Shown here: piece after piece, positions 13,300-24,799 of the stretch
Layout: every line of letters starts with the position of its first letter
How positions within the stretch are numbered: position 1 is the stretch's first letter
Assembly: GCF_963676685.1 (NCBI RefSeq)
Contig: NC_092351.1
Coordinates: 7,874,001 to 7,938,000 of the forward strand
DNA from: Mytilus edulis
Taxonomy: Eukaryota
Reading direction: 5' to 3'
DNA: 64,000 nucleotides
The notes under the pieces: generated by a model
What the model saw: the letters and a program-made list of their open reading frames with translations, nothing else
The model's database searches: none
What the model was told of the DNA's origin: nothing
Made by a program: the position numbers and the translations under genes

Positions 13300-13650
13300 C
13301 TCATGTTAGGGGAGTGTTGGGATTCCGCTAACATGTTTAACCCGCCACATTCTGTATGTATGTGCCTGTCCTAAGTCAGGAGCCGGTAATTCAGTGGTTG
13401 TCGTTTGTTATTGTGTTACATACTAGTATTTGTTTTTCGTTCATTTTTTTACATGAACAAGGCCGTTAGTTTTTCTCGCTTGAATTTTGTTTTACATTTG
13501 TCATTTCGGGGCCTTTTACAGCTGACTATTCGGTATGGGCTTTAATCATTATTGAAGGCCGAAAGGTGACCTCTAGTTGTTTCTTTGTCATTTTGGTCTC
13601 TATTGGAGGGTTGTCTCATTGGCAATCATACCACATCTTCTTTTTTATAA
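13300..13650 (+). mobile_element. SINE-like repeat (core CATGTTTAACCC..CCTGTCC.AAGTCAGGAGCC, possibly Nin-domain type)
   Basis: Core and tail are shared with many copies in the window. The family name is from memory and unverified. Confidence 0.6.
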
Positions 13651-14529
13651 AACTATTTTAAAAATAAACTTAACATGAGACATACAAAAATATCGGAATT
13701 GTCGTTGCAGAAGCTAGATTGGGACAATTGCTGAAAAAAAATGTTGGCATGTTCATGATAAGACATAAAATATCTCTTTTATTTTGTTTTAAAGACATTG
13801 AGGACGGGTGTTTTTGAGCTATTTATTCTTCATGACATTTCACTTGCCGTTCGGTATATTTTCGAAATCTTTCATTTTTCACGAAGACTCGGGACAAAAA
13901 ATTTTGTCTACGTTATTGGTACCAATAGAAAAAAACATTTTCGAAGAAAAAAAACCTAACAACATAAAAAAAAATAGTTATTAACGAACTTAATTATGTC
14001 GGAAATATAATTTAAACTATTCGCCTTACTCAGTTGAAATGTACGAATTATAGGTGTACTCAAATAGTTTAAACCTTATCATCTATATTTAATCAACATG
14101 AGCATTAACACCTGTTCCGAGACTGGCACAATTTTCATGGAAATGTAATATATAAAAAATGCAAAAGTGTAGCAGGCGTGAAGAAATTGTTAAAAAGATC
14201 ACAATCTATGTAAGTCGGCAAAGCAACAGTTGTGGATACAAAGTTGCAATCGTGCATAACAAAAACGACACCAACATTACTATTTCAAATGTACTGCACT
14301 GTGGCGAGTGTAATAGTTATGCTATGTCACTTGCTCATCGCATTTCCCTAAAAGTTTCATAAGCACAGTTTTGTTAGAGTATCATCTGAACAATATTTTT
14401 GCTGGTTTTTGTATACTAACCATTACATAATATCAATAAGAACCCTGTTTCGCAGGGAAAGTCTATAGCTTCTTCTGATGATATATTTGTATATACAACT
14501 ATCTACACCTTCAACGTTTTCAGTCTTTT

Positions 14530-14620
14530 TTCAAATATTCGGCTTAGAGCGGTTCTGATGGTCAATCTAGAAAAGCGCTTCGGACACATAAAAGTTTAAG
14601 GTGTTGCTTTAAATTTTTTT
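14530..14620 (+). mobile_element. Retrozyme family C decayed copy
   Basis: GAGCGGTTCTGATGG...GAAAAGCGCTTCGGACAC is homologous to 24440-24486. Confidence 0.6.
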
Positions 14621-14661
14621 AAGCAGACACCAGATATAAATGGGTTTTGTTGGCTATATAA

Positions 14662-14972
14662 GTCCCCGAGGGTATCACCAGCCCAGTAGCCAGTACTTCG
14701 GTACTGGCATGAAAATACAGATTTTTTGTGTTATTAAAATTTGCTGTTACAAAATGATAGAAATTATTATAAATTAAGGAATGTATCTCCCTCATGCAAA
14801 GCCCTGATTTCTTTCACAGATTGGGCTATACTTTTTGGACCTTTTGGATTATATCTCTTTATCTTTTACATAAGCTTTGGATTTCAAATATTTTGGCCAC
14901 GAGCACCACTGAAGAGACAGGTATTGTCGAAATGCGCATCTGGTGCAAGAAAATTGGTACCGTTAATTTTAT
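14662..14972 (+). ncRNA. Retrozyme family B copy with intact type I hammerhead ribozyme (14903-14946)
   Basis: GCACCA-CTGAAGA-GACA(ggtat)TGTC-GAAA-T(GCGC)A-TC^TGGTGC. Stem I is GCACCA/TGGTGC, stem II is GACA/TGTC, and a minimal stem III carries a palindromic GCGC loop. Confidence 0.88.
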
Positions 14973-15089
14973 TGTATATGTATTTTTTAAATTTTTTTTT
15001 TGTATATTGAAATGACCCCTTGTTTTTGTCACCTGAAATCGTAAGTCTACAGTGTAATCCTAGGTAAAGACCTAGTTTCCGCAAATGTC

Positions 15090-15710
15090 AGATTCAGTGA
15101 TCACTTACATCTAATATATCCAAGTAAACTTGGAATGAAAGATACTACCGACACAGATAAATCTGCTTCATATACCTTTTTCTCGAAATGACTACTGATG
15201 GTAGGTTAAATACCAAAATTCTGACAAACGCGATGATTTTTATTTTCCTATAGTCACCATTTTCCATTTCTGGGTAGCAACATCCAGCATATGAAGTATA
15301 TGTGTCTCAATTGATACGTTACTCTAGAGCTAGCTCAAAGTACATTGATTTTGTTGAACGAGGAATACCGCTTTCTCAAAAGTTGCTAAGACAGGGCTAT
15401 GAATCAATCAAATTAAGGTCATCAATCAAGAAATTTTACGGTCGCCATCATGAGCTGCTTGGCATTATGACAAAAGTATGTCAGAAATCATATCTGATAT
15501 TCTTCCTCAGTCATAATAATCTTCCATCATTACCGAACTGAACAAAGAAATAACACGACGGTTGTCGTATACGGTGCAGGAAATGCTTACTCTCCCGGTT
15601 TTTAGTGGAGTTCGTGTTGTTTCTTATTAATTATTTGTAACTGTTGGTGTAAATGTCTTTTGGTTTTATGAGTCTTTGTTTATTCCTTGGTTTTGATTGT
15701 TATTGTCTTT
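15090..15710 (+). mobile_element. Naiad-like PLE family 2, 3' part and tail
   Basis: KDTTDTDKSASY, RDDF, VSQLIRYSRA...KKFYGRHH then a stop, with no downstream GIY-YIG. Structured 3' tail at 15552-15620. Confidence 0.85.
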
Positions 15711-17599
15711 TAAACGACACCATCAGAATATCACAAAATATATGACTTCTGTTCTTGTTCGCCTATGCTAATCCATGTACAAATATAAAAAAAAGTTAAC
15801 ACCATCAATTAAAGCGGACTGTTAAAGCAAATGAGAGTTTTTAAAAACTTAAGAATGGTCTATTGTAGAAAAAAAAAATTCAGTCACTCCATTTTAAAAC
15901 AGCATTAAACTAAAATAACATTTCAATTTTAACGTCTAACTATGATTAATTTAAAATTGTTTGACTAGCATCGAAAATTATTAAATTTGGTCTGTGTCCT
16001 ATAATGCATAATGCCATATTACTTTTACTGTTAAGTCTGTTTTTATTGAAATCCATTAGACGTGGATGGGTACTTGTAAATCCCTTCATTGTGTTATTGT
16101 TCTATGATAATTATCGTATTATTTGTCTTTCATTTGTGCAAATGCCCTTTGTCTATATGCTTTTTGGTGTTTCTATGATAAAACGTGGCTCAGTACATAT
16201 ACGTCCCGTTATTGCTCTATTGTAAAACTCTTTTGTATTTTTGTCTTTTATTTTTGCTAATGTGCATTGTCTATATTCCTTTTATGTTTCTTTGAAAGGA
16301 TATCTTAATGTATTAATATTTATAAAGCAGGTCGAAATCTGACTGTTTTATTCCAAATGTTGCAATGCCGTTTTAAGAATGAAATATGATAATTTAAACG
16401 TATAGAAATGATCTAAAACTTTAACATAACCTTTGGAATTTTTGGAATTCGGTTATTATACCAAAATAGAAAATGAATAGTTTGTGTACTCCATGAAACG
16501 AACAATTTTCTTAAATTATATTGCAATCAATCGACATAGATAATATTTTATGATTAACATCGTCATGATACCTTATTTCCTCCTATAGGAGATTGACAAA
16601 ACACAACATGTATATATTATGTACAATTATAAAGTGTGAAAATAATTAAATTAGAAATGTCACTAAATATTTTAGATTGAAAATTATTTACAGTCTATAG
16701 TATATAAGAAAGATTAATCCTTCGTTAAGGACTTGCAAACAATAATCTGTTGTCAAAATTTCCTAGAGATCTTCCTGATTGCCAAGCAGAAATGCTATCT
16801 TTATTGATTTTGAAACCAATGTGTTCAATCACTAGTAAAAGTTAAATAGTAAACTATCTACTATAATAGTAAACTAACATGTAATCCATTAATGAATCAT
16901 TTAGATGTAGTTAATTTTTGATAATATTTCAAAAATATTGGAAGCATCAAGGTTTATCGTCCCCAATTATGAATGGCCTTAGCCAAATCTGTGTTGTTGG
17001 AATTCGTTATACATTTGTCATGCAATAGATAACTAAAAGTGGGCTTGTCTCGTTCATTAATCGGACAATGATATTTGACATTACATCAGAAAGAATATTT
17101 TCCCTCAGATAAGTGCGCCCAGCTCATTGAGTATTTGACAAAATGACAGTGAGTTTATCAGTACGGAATGTATATAGCAGTGTTCTTTGTCGCCACTGTA
17201 CACATACGTATAATGACTTTTTTTCTATTTCTTTACACATATAGTTTTATCAAGCTGATAATACACAAGATACAAATGAGGCACATGTGATGATGTTGTG
17301 ACTTGGGAACACAGAGGTGTCGTTTGTGAAACCTGCGATCTGTGGTGGTATCATATTGACTGTCATAATGTACATAGTAATACATATGATCTCCATAAAG
17401 ATAACATGATTAGTTGGAACTGTTTAATTTGTTAAAATCTACAGCACATGTATATTCGACTTACATAGTGAAAGTTAATATATTCCATGTGAAAAGCTAT
17501 ATCATTACTTGAATGATGAATGTGGCATGAAAACGCCAACAAACCTATTTAAACCGTTTGAGCAGTCTACACCAATACTTACAAATAAAACCAAGACAC

Positions 17600-18300
17600 C
17601 GCTACAATTAGTTAAGATCAATTTTCAATCTATTTAAAGTAAACACCGTCTTGTTCAAAATATCATTGAAAGCACTAAACCGGATGTTGGTATTGGAACA
17701 TAAACTTACCTCTATTCAACAACCAAAACCAAAAATATTGAAATCTTTCCCGAAGAGTACACACTGTACTATACATAAAGACAGACAAACTCCAGCAGGG
17801 TGGTGGTGTAATCATTGCAATTCATTAAGACTTTATAAGCGAAGAGGTTGAAAACTGACACATGATGATTATTCTGATTGGTATGGGCCAAAATTGAAAT
17901 TAAGGGTAGCAGATCACTTTGTATATCATCCTTCTGCAACCAAAAACATCCAATGAACAAAGCCTACAGTGGCATATCAGCCGAAAGCTTCTCAAATCAA
18001 AATGCTACAACATCAATAGGAGGAGATTTGCATCTCCAAGGATGGGATTGGAAGAAACAAATTACTAAAACCAAAATCCAAAATATACATAATGGTTTTG
18101 GAAATACATTGGATGATACCGGCTTTGTACAATTAATTAAACATCAAACAAAGAAGAGATTATAATATATATTTTGATTATAAATTAACCGAACCAGATT
18201 CAACGAATCGAAATCATGCCGGGGATCTCAGATCATGACATTGTCTTTATGGTATTCAACATAACACAGTGAAAACAAACACCCAAGGAATGTGCAGATC
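17600..18300 (+). mobile_element. CR1/L2-type LINE remnant, APE endonuclease region
   Basis: IGGDLHLQGWDW (GD.NLP..DW-like) and PGISDHDIV motifs. Heavily decayed. Confidence 0.65.
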
Positions 18301-18721
18301 TACAACAAGGCAAACTAGTGATTTTTCATTTCCTATCGTTAATTATTCATTTTTAAATGGTGACTTTCCCTTATTACACCAGGGTTTTCGATATCAGAAA
18401 CTAGCAAAAACATTTACTAAATTTTATCATCGGTATAAGGAAATAATTCTTAAATATAACTCAACATCAGCCATCTTATACGTTCAGGTATTTCACATCC
18501 AATCTTTTATGGAAATATTCTTTACAAAGCACAAAAATGTCAGTATTCATCTCAAAAGCTTACAAAACCTTTAAACAGACTTATTAAGAAGGGATATAGT
18601 TACGATATTGTTGTCAGGTCATTAAAGATTGCATATTTTGGCTTTAATATTGATTCACTTATAGGGTCTTTGCATCGGAACTAAACACATTTAAAAAAAA
18701 AACAGGTGTTGGCATGACACA

Positions 18722-18814
18722 GGTTATGTTCTTCTCATATATTTTATGATAGTATGATACTAAACCCCTAACGGGAGGGATTGTGCTTGATATTCATATG
18801 ATGCAGACATAATC
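18722..18814 (+). promoter_or_regulatory. Type II SECIS element (selenocysteine insertion sequence) in the PLE 3' UTR
   Basis: Helix I TCATAT/ATATGA, extended by GGTTATGTT/GACATAATC. Core ATGAT (18746-50) opposite TGAT (18788-91). Helix II AGTATGATACT/GGGATTGTGCT. AAA at 18762-64. Apical ministem CCC/GGG. Confidence 0.78.
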
Positions 18815-18831
18815 TTTCAATCAGTTTATTT

Positions 18832-19019
18832 ACCCTTCCGGAGCACCTGAGATCACCCCTAGTTTTTGGTGGGGTTCGTGTTGTTTATTCGTTAGTTTTC
18901 TATGTTGTGTCATGTGTACTATTGTTTTTCTGTTTGTCTTTTCCCTTTTTAGCCATGGCGTTGTCAGTTTGTTTTAGATTTATGAGTTTGACTGTCCCTT
19001 TGGTATCTTTCGTCCCTCT
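18832..19019 (+). mobile_element. 5'-truncated tail of Naiad-like family 1 nested in the family 3 UTR
   Basis: Matches 23437-23627. Flanked by direct repeat TTTATTT (18825-31 / 19020-26). Confidence 0.8.
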
Positions 19020-19522
19020 TTTATTTGAGGTCTGGAGATGGCATGTCAGTTAACTGCTAGTAGTCTGTTGTTACTTGTGTATTATTGTCATTTTATTTAT
19101 TTTCTTTTGTTACATCTTCTGGCATCGGACTCGGACTTCTTTTGAACTGAATTTTAATATGCCTATTGTTATGCGTTTACTCTTCTACATTGGCTAGAGG
19201 TATAGGGGGAGGGTTGAGATCTCATAAACACGTTTAACCCCGCCGCAATTTTGCGCCTGTCCCAAGTCAGGAGCATCTGGCCTTTGTTAGTCTTATATGA
19301 TTTTTAATTTTAGTTTCTTGTGTATAATTCGGAGTTTAGTATGACTTCCATTATTACTGTACTAGTATAAATATTTTTTAAGGGGCCAGGTGAAGGACAC
19401 CTACGGGTGCTGGAGTTTCTCGCTACATTGAAGACCAATTGGTGGCCTTCGGCTGTTGTCTGCTCTATGGTCGGGATGTTGTCGCTTTGACACATTCCCC
19501 ATTTCCTTTCTCAATTTTATTT

Positions 19523-20740
19523 AGGAAACAATTAAAAAAAAAGTAGTAAACAACCTACAACATACTACACAGGAAAAGGTTAATTCAAGTACTGTTGATG
19601 AACTTTTGCTAGAATTCAAAACAAATATAAGTGAATTAGTCAGTCATCATATTCCACACAAAAAAATAATTGTAAAAACTAAAACCCCATGGATTACAGA
19701 TGAAGCATGAAAATAAATGAAAACGAGAGACAGCCTATATAAAGACAAAAAAGCTTGAAATTACAGCATTAGAAACAAATATAATCAAATTAAATTTCAG
19801 GTACAAAAACATATTGGCAGGACTTTGAAGAAATTGTTACACCAAATCCGGATGAAAAAAACCTTTTCCAATATAAAAAGAAAAAAAACCTAACTAAGTG
19901 GAATAACATCACTAAGTTTAAAATTGAATGTGAAACTGATATAACAGACACGAAACAGAAATCCGATGCCCTCAACAGGCTTATTCAATTAGGTTTTTCT
20001 GTAGAACCTAACATAATCACTGCTATTGAATTTGAAAACAATAATTAAATGCAACAGAAAAATAGCGTACTGTTGTTCGGTGTGAGCTAAGGCTCCGTGT
20101 TGAAGGCCGTACTTTAACCTATAATGGTTTACTTTTTAAATTGTTATTTGTATGGAGAGTTGTCTCATTGGCACTCACACCACATCTTCCTATATCTATC
20201 TACCATGCAAAACATAAACATAACCATCCAAAAACTTCTAAATCTATACTCGTCAAAGACATGTGGACCAGATTAACTAATGCCACGCCTCTTCAGATAG
20301 TAAGCGCATGAAATATCACAAAACTATGCATTATATACCAGAAATCATTATAGACACTAGCGAAAATCCCATTTTCAAGAAATGGTCCAAATATAATCCA
20401 GAGAATTATAGACATATGTTGCGAAATTATGGAACATGTTGTGGTTAGCGCAATTATGACACGCGCAGACAACCGTAACCACCTGTATCCTCTACAACAC
20501 CATGAACATGGCTTTCGAAAAATCAAATCCTGTGAAACTCGGCCTTTGGAACTTATCGAAGATGCCACTATAAATATGGAAAACTGAAAGCAAACAGATG
20601 AACTTATTATGAACTTTGACGAAGTTTTGATAGAGTCAGTCATAATTTATTAACACAAAAGCTAGATTACTCTGGAATAACGGGGAAACAAATGCATGTA
20701 TAGAGGGCGTTTTTAACCGATACCAGACAATCTCAACATG
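19523..20740 (+). mobile_element. CR1/L2-type LINE remnant, RT region (interrupted by a SINE-like copy at ~20065-20200)
   Basis: CGPD, CEIMEHVV and HGFRKIKSCET motifs plus a D.SKAFD.V.H-like relic. Many stops. Confidence 0.65.
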
Positions 20741-21789
20741 TTATATATACATTATAACATATTAAACTTACTTAAATTATATTCGTAAGAACTAGAGTTA
20801 AACTGTCATCATACGTTTAAATTGATTCAGAAGAAGACGTATGCTACGTACTGCAGAACTCGCTTTCATTTTATCAAAATCTCACTGAAGTGGTCGCACT
20901 TATCTGCGAGAAAAAAGTCAGTAAACTGTTTTTGCGCCTAACCATTTGATAGAAATTTGATTGTTTACCAGGTGTGTTTAAAACATTTTTTACTTAACTA
21001 GAGATATTGTTTTCTTTATTTGTTTTGGTGATATCAGCACCTTACTTTCTTTACAAAATATTTCCTATTTTATAAAAGGCATTTCCCCCTTGATTTGATA
21101 TAAAATTGGAACAAAAGGACCTAAAAAAGGACCACCCATTTCAAACACAACAGATTAAGTACATATGTTTTAATGCTATTTAAATATCTTTGTTGCAGTT
21201 GTAAACTCCTCACAGTTTTCAATCTGTAATTTGTAAGAATAAATATATTTGATTTTAAAATTGAGAATGGAAATGGGGAATGTGCCAAAGAGACAACAAC
21301 CATCTACCAGGTACATGTTTTAGTTGAAAGCCTTTTAATTTCTTGCAGATTTTTAATCTTTAATGCAACGTTATATCATGCTCGGAAAGAAGAAATTCAA
21401 ATTCATTTTTTTTTTCAAATTAAAGGGCCCGTTCTTCGATTTTAAAAATTAATACGATTATTCATACCTTCTACCAAATCTTTCTAACTGCCTTCTCTCT
21501 GATTGTGTTAATCAAATACAGTACATTATAACGTACATGATAGTCATTATCTAAAGCGTACATCATAAAAGTCCAGCTCTTGTATAAAGAGAGATAACTC
21601 TGATTGTTATAATTAACATTTATTTTACCTGGTAGATTATCATTATAAGTGAGAACAATAATGTTGTTTTCTTTCTCCAAAGTTAAGCTTTAAACTGTAA
21701 ACAATAAACACGTGTTGTCTTTATTATCAATTTTCACATCAACAGTTATTTTACATTTGGGAATTGCTTATCATATGAGATAGCCAAGT

Positions 21790-22295
21790 TATCTTATTTT
21801 TTAGTAGCAACAAACAAAAGAACAATGTCAATTGAAAATGCTTTAATAACTATTTGATACTATATCTGCGCTTGAATTTTTACTTGATAACATTTTTGTT
21901 CCCTTTGGAGATTCTGTATATCGTCAAGTTATTGGAATTTCAATGGCGACTAACTGTGCACCACTTATTGTGGACCTGGTTTTGTGTTGTTATCAGTTAC
22001 AATTTATGACTAAAATCAGCAAAGATTATCAAAACAACATTTGATACAACAATTTAACAATACATTTAGATATTTGGATGATATATTGGCTCTCAATAAT
22101 GATAAAAGAGATGATGTTTCCTTTCCTTTCGGTAATTATCCATTTTTAGATAGTGACGTTCCCTGGTCACCATTTTATGGTGTTTATAAATCTCAACTTG
22201 TACGATTCGCCAGACTGATCAAGAAGGGATATAATTACGATACTGTTGTCAGGTCATTAAAGATCGCATATTTTTGGCTTTAATATTTATTCACT
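21790..22295 (+). mobile_element. Naiad-like PLE family 3 fragment with internal deletions
   Basis: LEFLLDNIFV.FGDSVYRQVIGI.M.TNCAPLI.DL, FNNTFRYLDD, KRDD.SF and RLIKKGYNYDTVVRSLKIAYF. Confidence 0.85.
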
Positions 22296-22296
22296 C

Positions 22297-23627
22297 TTTC
22301 TAAATTATTAACATCTATTTTATCATCAATCAATGACGGGCTTCAAAGTTATTGTGAAACTGCCCATTCTAGAGGTGGCGTGAATTAGATGTGGATTCTA
22401 AAAAAATACAAAGTTCTTATAGAGTACATACAATCTAACTCTCTTTCATCTTGTAATAGTATCAAAACATTTGACTTCTCTGCACTTTATACAAGTATTC
22501 CACATTCCAAACTAAATTGAAAGAGTTGGTATTGCTTTGATTCATAAAAAAGAATGGCCAACGAAGATACAACTATCTTGTCTTAGGAAGGTTTAAATCC
22601 TACTTTCTAAAGGATCACTCTGATTAAAACAAAAAATTCTCTGAAACCGACATTATCAAGATGCTTGATTTCTTGATTGACAACATATTAGTTACGTTCG
22701 GAGGACGTGTTTTTCAACAAGCTATCGGCATACCAATGGGAACGAATTGTGCCCCTCTTTTTGCCGACTTGTTTCTTTATTATTATGAGGCTGACTTCAT
22801 ACAGGAACTTCTTAGGAAGAAAGATAAGAAGTTAGCAATATCCTTTAACTCTACTTTCCGCTATATAGATGATGTTCTTCACTAAATAATTCAAACTTTG
22901 GTGACTATGTCGAATGCATCTATCCCATTAAACTAGAGATACAACAGATACAGTTAAGTCGGCCTCATATCTTGACTTACATCTAGAAATTGACAATGAG
23001 GGTCGATTGAAAACAAAACTTTACGACAAAAGAGATGATTTCAGCTTTCCAATTGTGAACTTTCCATTTCTAAGTAACAACATTCCAGCAGCACCTGCAT
23101 AAGGTGTATATATCTCCCAATTGATACGATATTCCTGTGCTTGCTTTTCCTATCATGATTTTCTCGATAGAGGGTTGGTGCTCACAAGGAAGCTATTAAA
23201 TCAAATGTTCCAAATGGTGAAGTTGAAATTATCTCTTCGTAAATTTTACGGACGCCATCACGAGTTGGTTGACCGTTATGGAATAACCGTTTCACAAATG
23301 ATGTCGGATATGTTTCTTCCGTCGTAACAACAATCCCCTTCCCTTTTATGAATCTGACCTACCGAATTAGACTATTTACCGGATTTGCTATAACATAAGA
23401 AACACGACAGGTGCCACATGTGGAGCAGGATCTGCTTACCCTTCTGGAGCACTTGCGATCACCCCTAGTTTTTGGTGGGGTTCGTGTTGTTTATTCTTTA
23501 GTTTTCTATGTTGTGTCACGTGTACTATTGTTTGTCTCTTTGTCCTTTTCATTTTTAACCATGGCGTTGTCAGTTTATTTTCGATTTATGAGTTTGACTG
23601 TCCCTCTGGTATCTTTCGTCCCTCTTT
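22297..23627 (+). mobile_element. Naiad-like PLE family 1, 5'-truncated RT plus structured 3' tail
   Basis: KTFDFS.LYT.IPH, GIPMGTNCAPL.ADLFL, FRYIDD, KLYDKRDDFSF and KFYGRHH then a stop at ~23327, with no C-terminal endonuclease. Confidence 0.9.
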
Positions 23628-24404
23628 CACTAGATCTAGTATGCTTGGACCAATTTAATATATTTAACACTTTTGTTGGTATTAGTGAAACTACGCTTAT
23701 TTTTTTATTTGTAAATTTTTATTGTTAGTCACTCTAGAGTTATGGCTCTTTAATTATTCTTTTTCTAATCAGAATCTATTTTCATATGAATGTCTCCCTA
23801 CACAGTCATTTTTCTTACTTGTTATTAAATGTTCCCGATCTTTCTCGCGACAATTATAAAGCACGATGCAAAGGTATCATATGCTATTTGCGTATTTGAA
23901 TGTATCGTATATCATTGAGGTGTGTAACACAGAATACTTACATTCTGACAAAAGTTTGTAGATAATTGGTAGTAATAGTTATTCAAAGTGTTGGTGTATA
24001 TGTAAATATAGTAAGATGATCACTCAGAAACATGTGCATCTTTGTCCCTTCTTCTTAATTATCAACATAAATTTGACTTAACATTCTATGAGAAGCCTGA
24101 AACAGTGAAGTCAAAACTATTCATTGATCTGGTAGCGGAGCTAATCTTGAATACTCGAATTGTAATTCTGTCCGTAATTGAAATACGCGACTGCGAACAT
24201 TTACACTTAATTATTTTACTGCCAGGATGTAGAAGCAAAGGAAAAAGATTTTGTTTCTGATCTCCAGTCAAACCTTTATTTTTGAACAATAGAATGTATT
24301 TAAGAATAGATGATGATAATGTACATTAACAATGTGCCACCATATACAATTTCGGGATGAACTAGTTGGCTAGGCGTCGGAATGGTCAATTCAATTGTGT
24401 CTGT

Positions 24405-24740
24405 TTTTATGTATCCTTGGCTTTCAAATACTTGGCTTTGAGCGTTCGCCTGATGAAGGTTTATCCAGAAAAGTGCTTCGGACACATAAAATTAATATAA
24501 CACGTTGTTTTCATTTTTTGCAGCACTAGGTCGGTACCTCTGCATATTTGACCTAAGATGTATTTGTCTATCTTATTAGGTTATTTTTTTTTATTGTAGC
24601 TCTTCAATTGTTTCGGTTCTAATAAATCCTTTGCTTTCAAATATTTGACTTTAAACGTTCCTGATGAAGGTAAATCCAGAAAAGCACTTCGAACGCATGT
24701 AATTTTATATACTAGTAACGTGTTGTTTTCATTTTTCATT
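24405..24740 (+). ncRNA. Retrozyme family C dimer: two type I hammerhead-like motifs ~210 nt apart
   Basis: CGTTC-CTGATGA-AGG(taaat)CCA-GAAA-A(GCAC)T-TC^GAACG at 24655-24696, with a sister copy at 24440-24486. Confidence 0.72.
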
Positions 24741-24799
24741 GAACATTTCGTTGAAATAATATTGGAAGTTCCTTTCTAACTGACGAAGGCGGAAAACTT

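Larger units (their letters stand above)
12907..15089. mobile_element. Non-autonomous TIR DNA element (~2.2 kb) splitting the Naiad RT just after YIDD
   Basis: Left end GACATTTGCAGAAACT pairs with right end AGTTTCCGCAAATGTC. Subterminal inverted TAGGATTACA/TGTAATCCTA. RT homology resumes at 15090. Confidence 0.7.
18318..19522 (+). mobile_element. Naiad-like PLE family 3, 3' end with long 3' UTR, inserted into the LINE remnant
   Basis: DFSFPIVNY.FL.GD, QGFRY.KL.KTFTKFYHRY and RLIKKGYSYD.VVRSLKIAYFGFNIDSLIGSLHRN* (TAA at 18682-18684). The UTR is shared with 30672-31127. Confidence 0.8.

Noticed and set aside
21826-21845. In-frame TGA (AAT TGA AAA TGC) in family 3 as possible selenocysteine
   Set aside because: The copy is decayed and the position more likely corresponds to Trp (TGG to TGA), so it cannot be used as Sec evidence.
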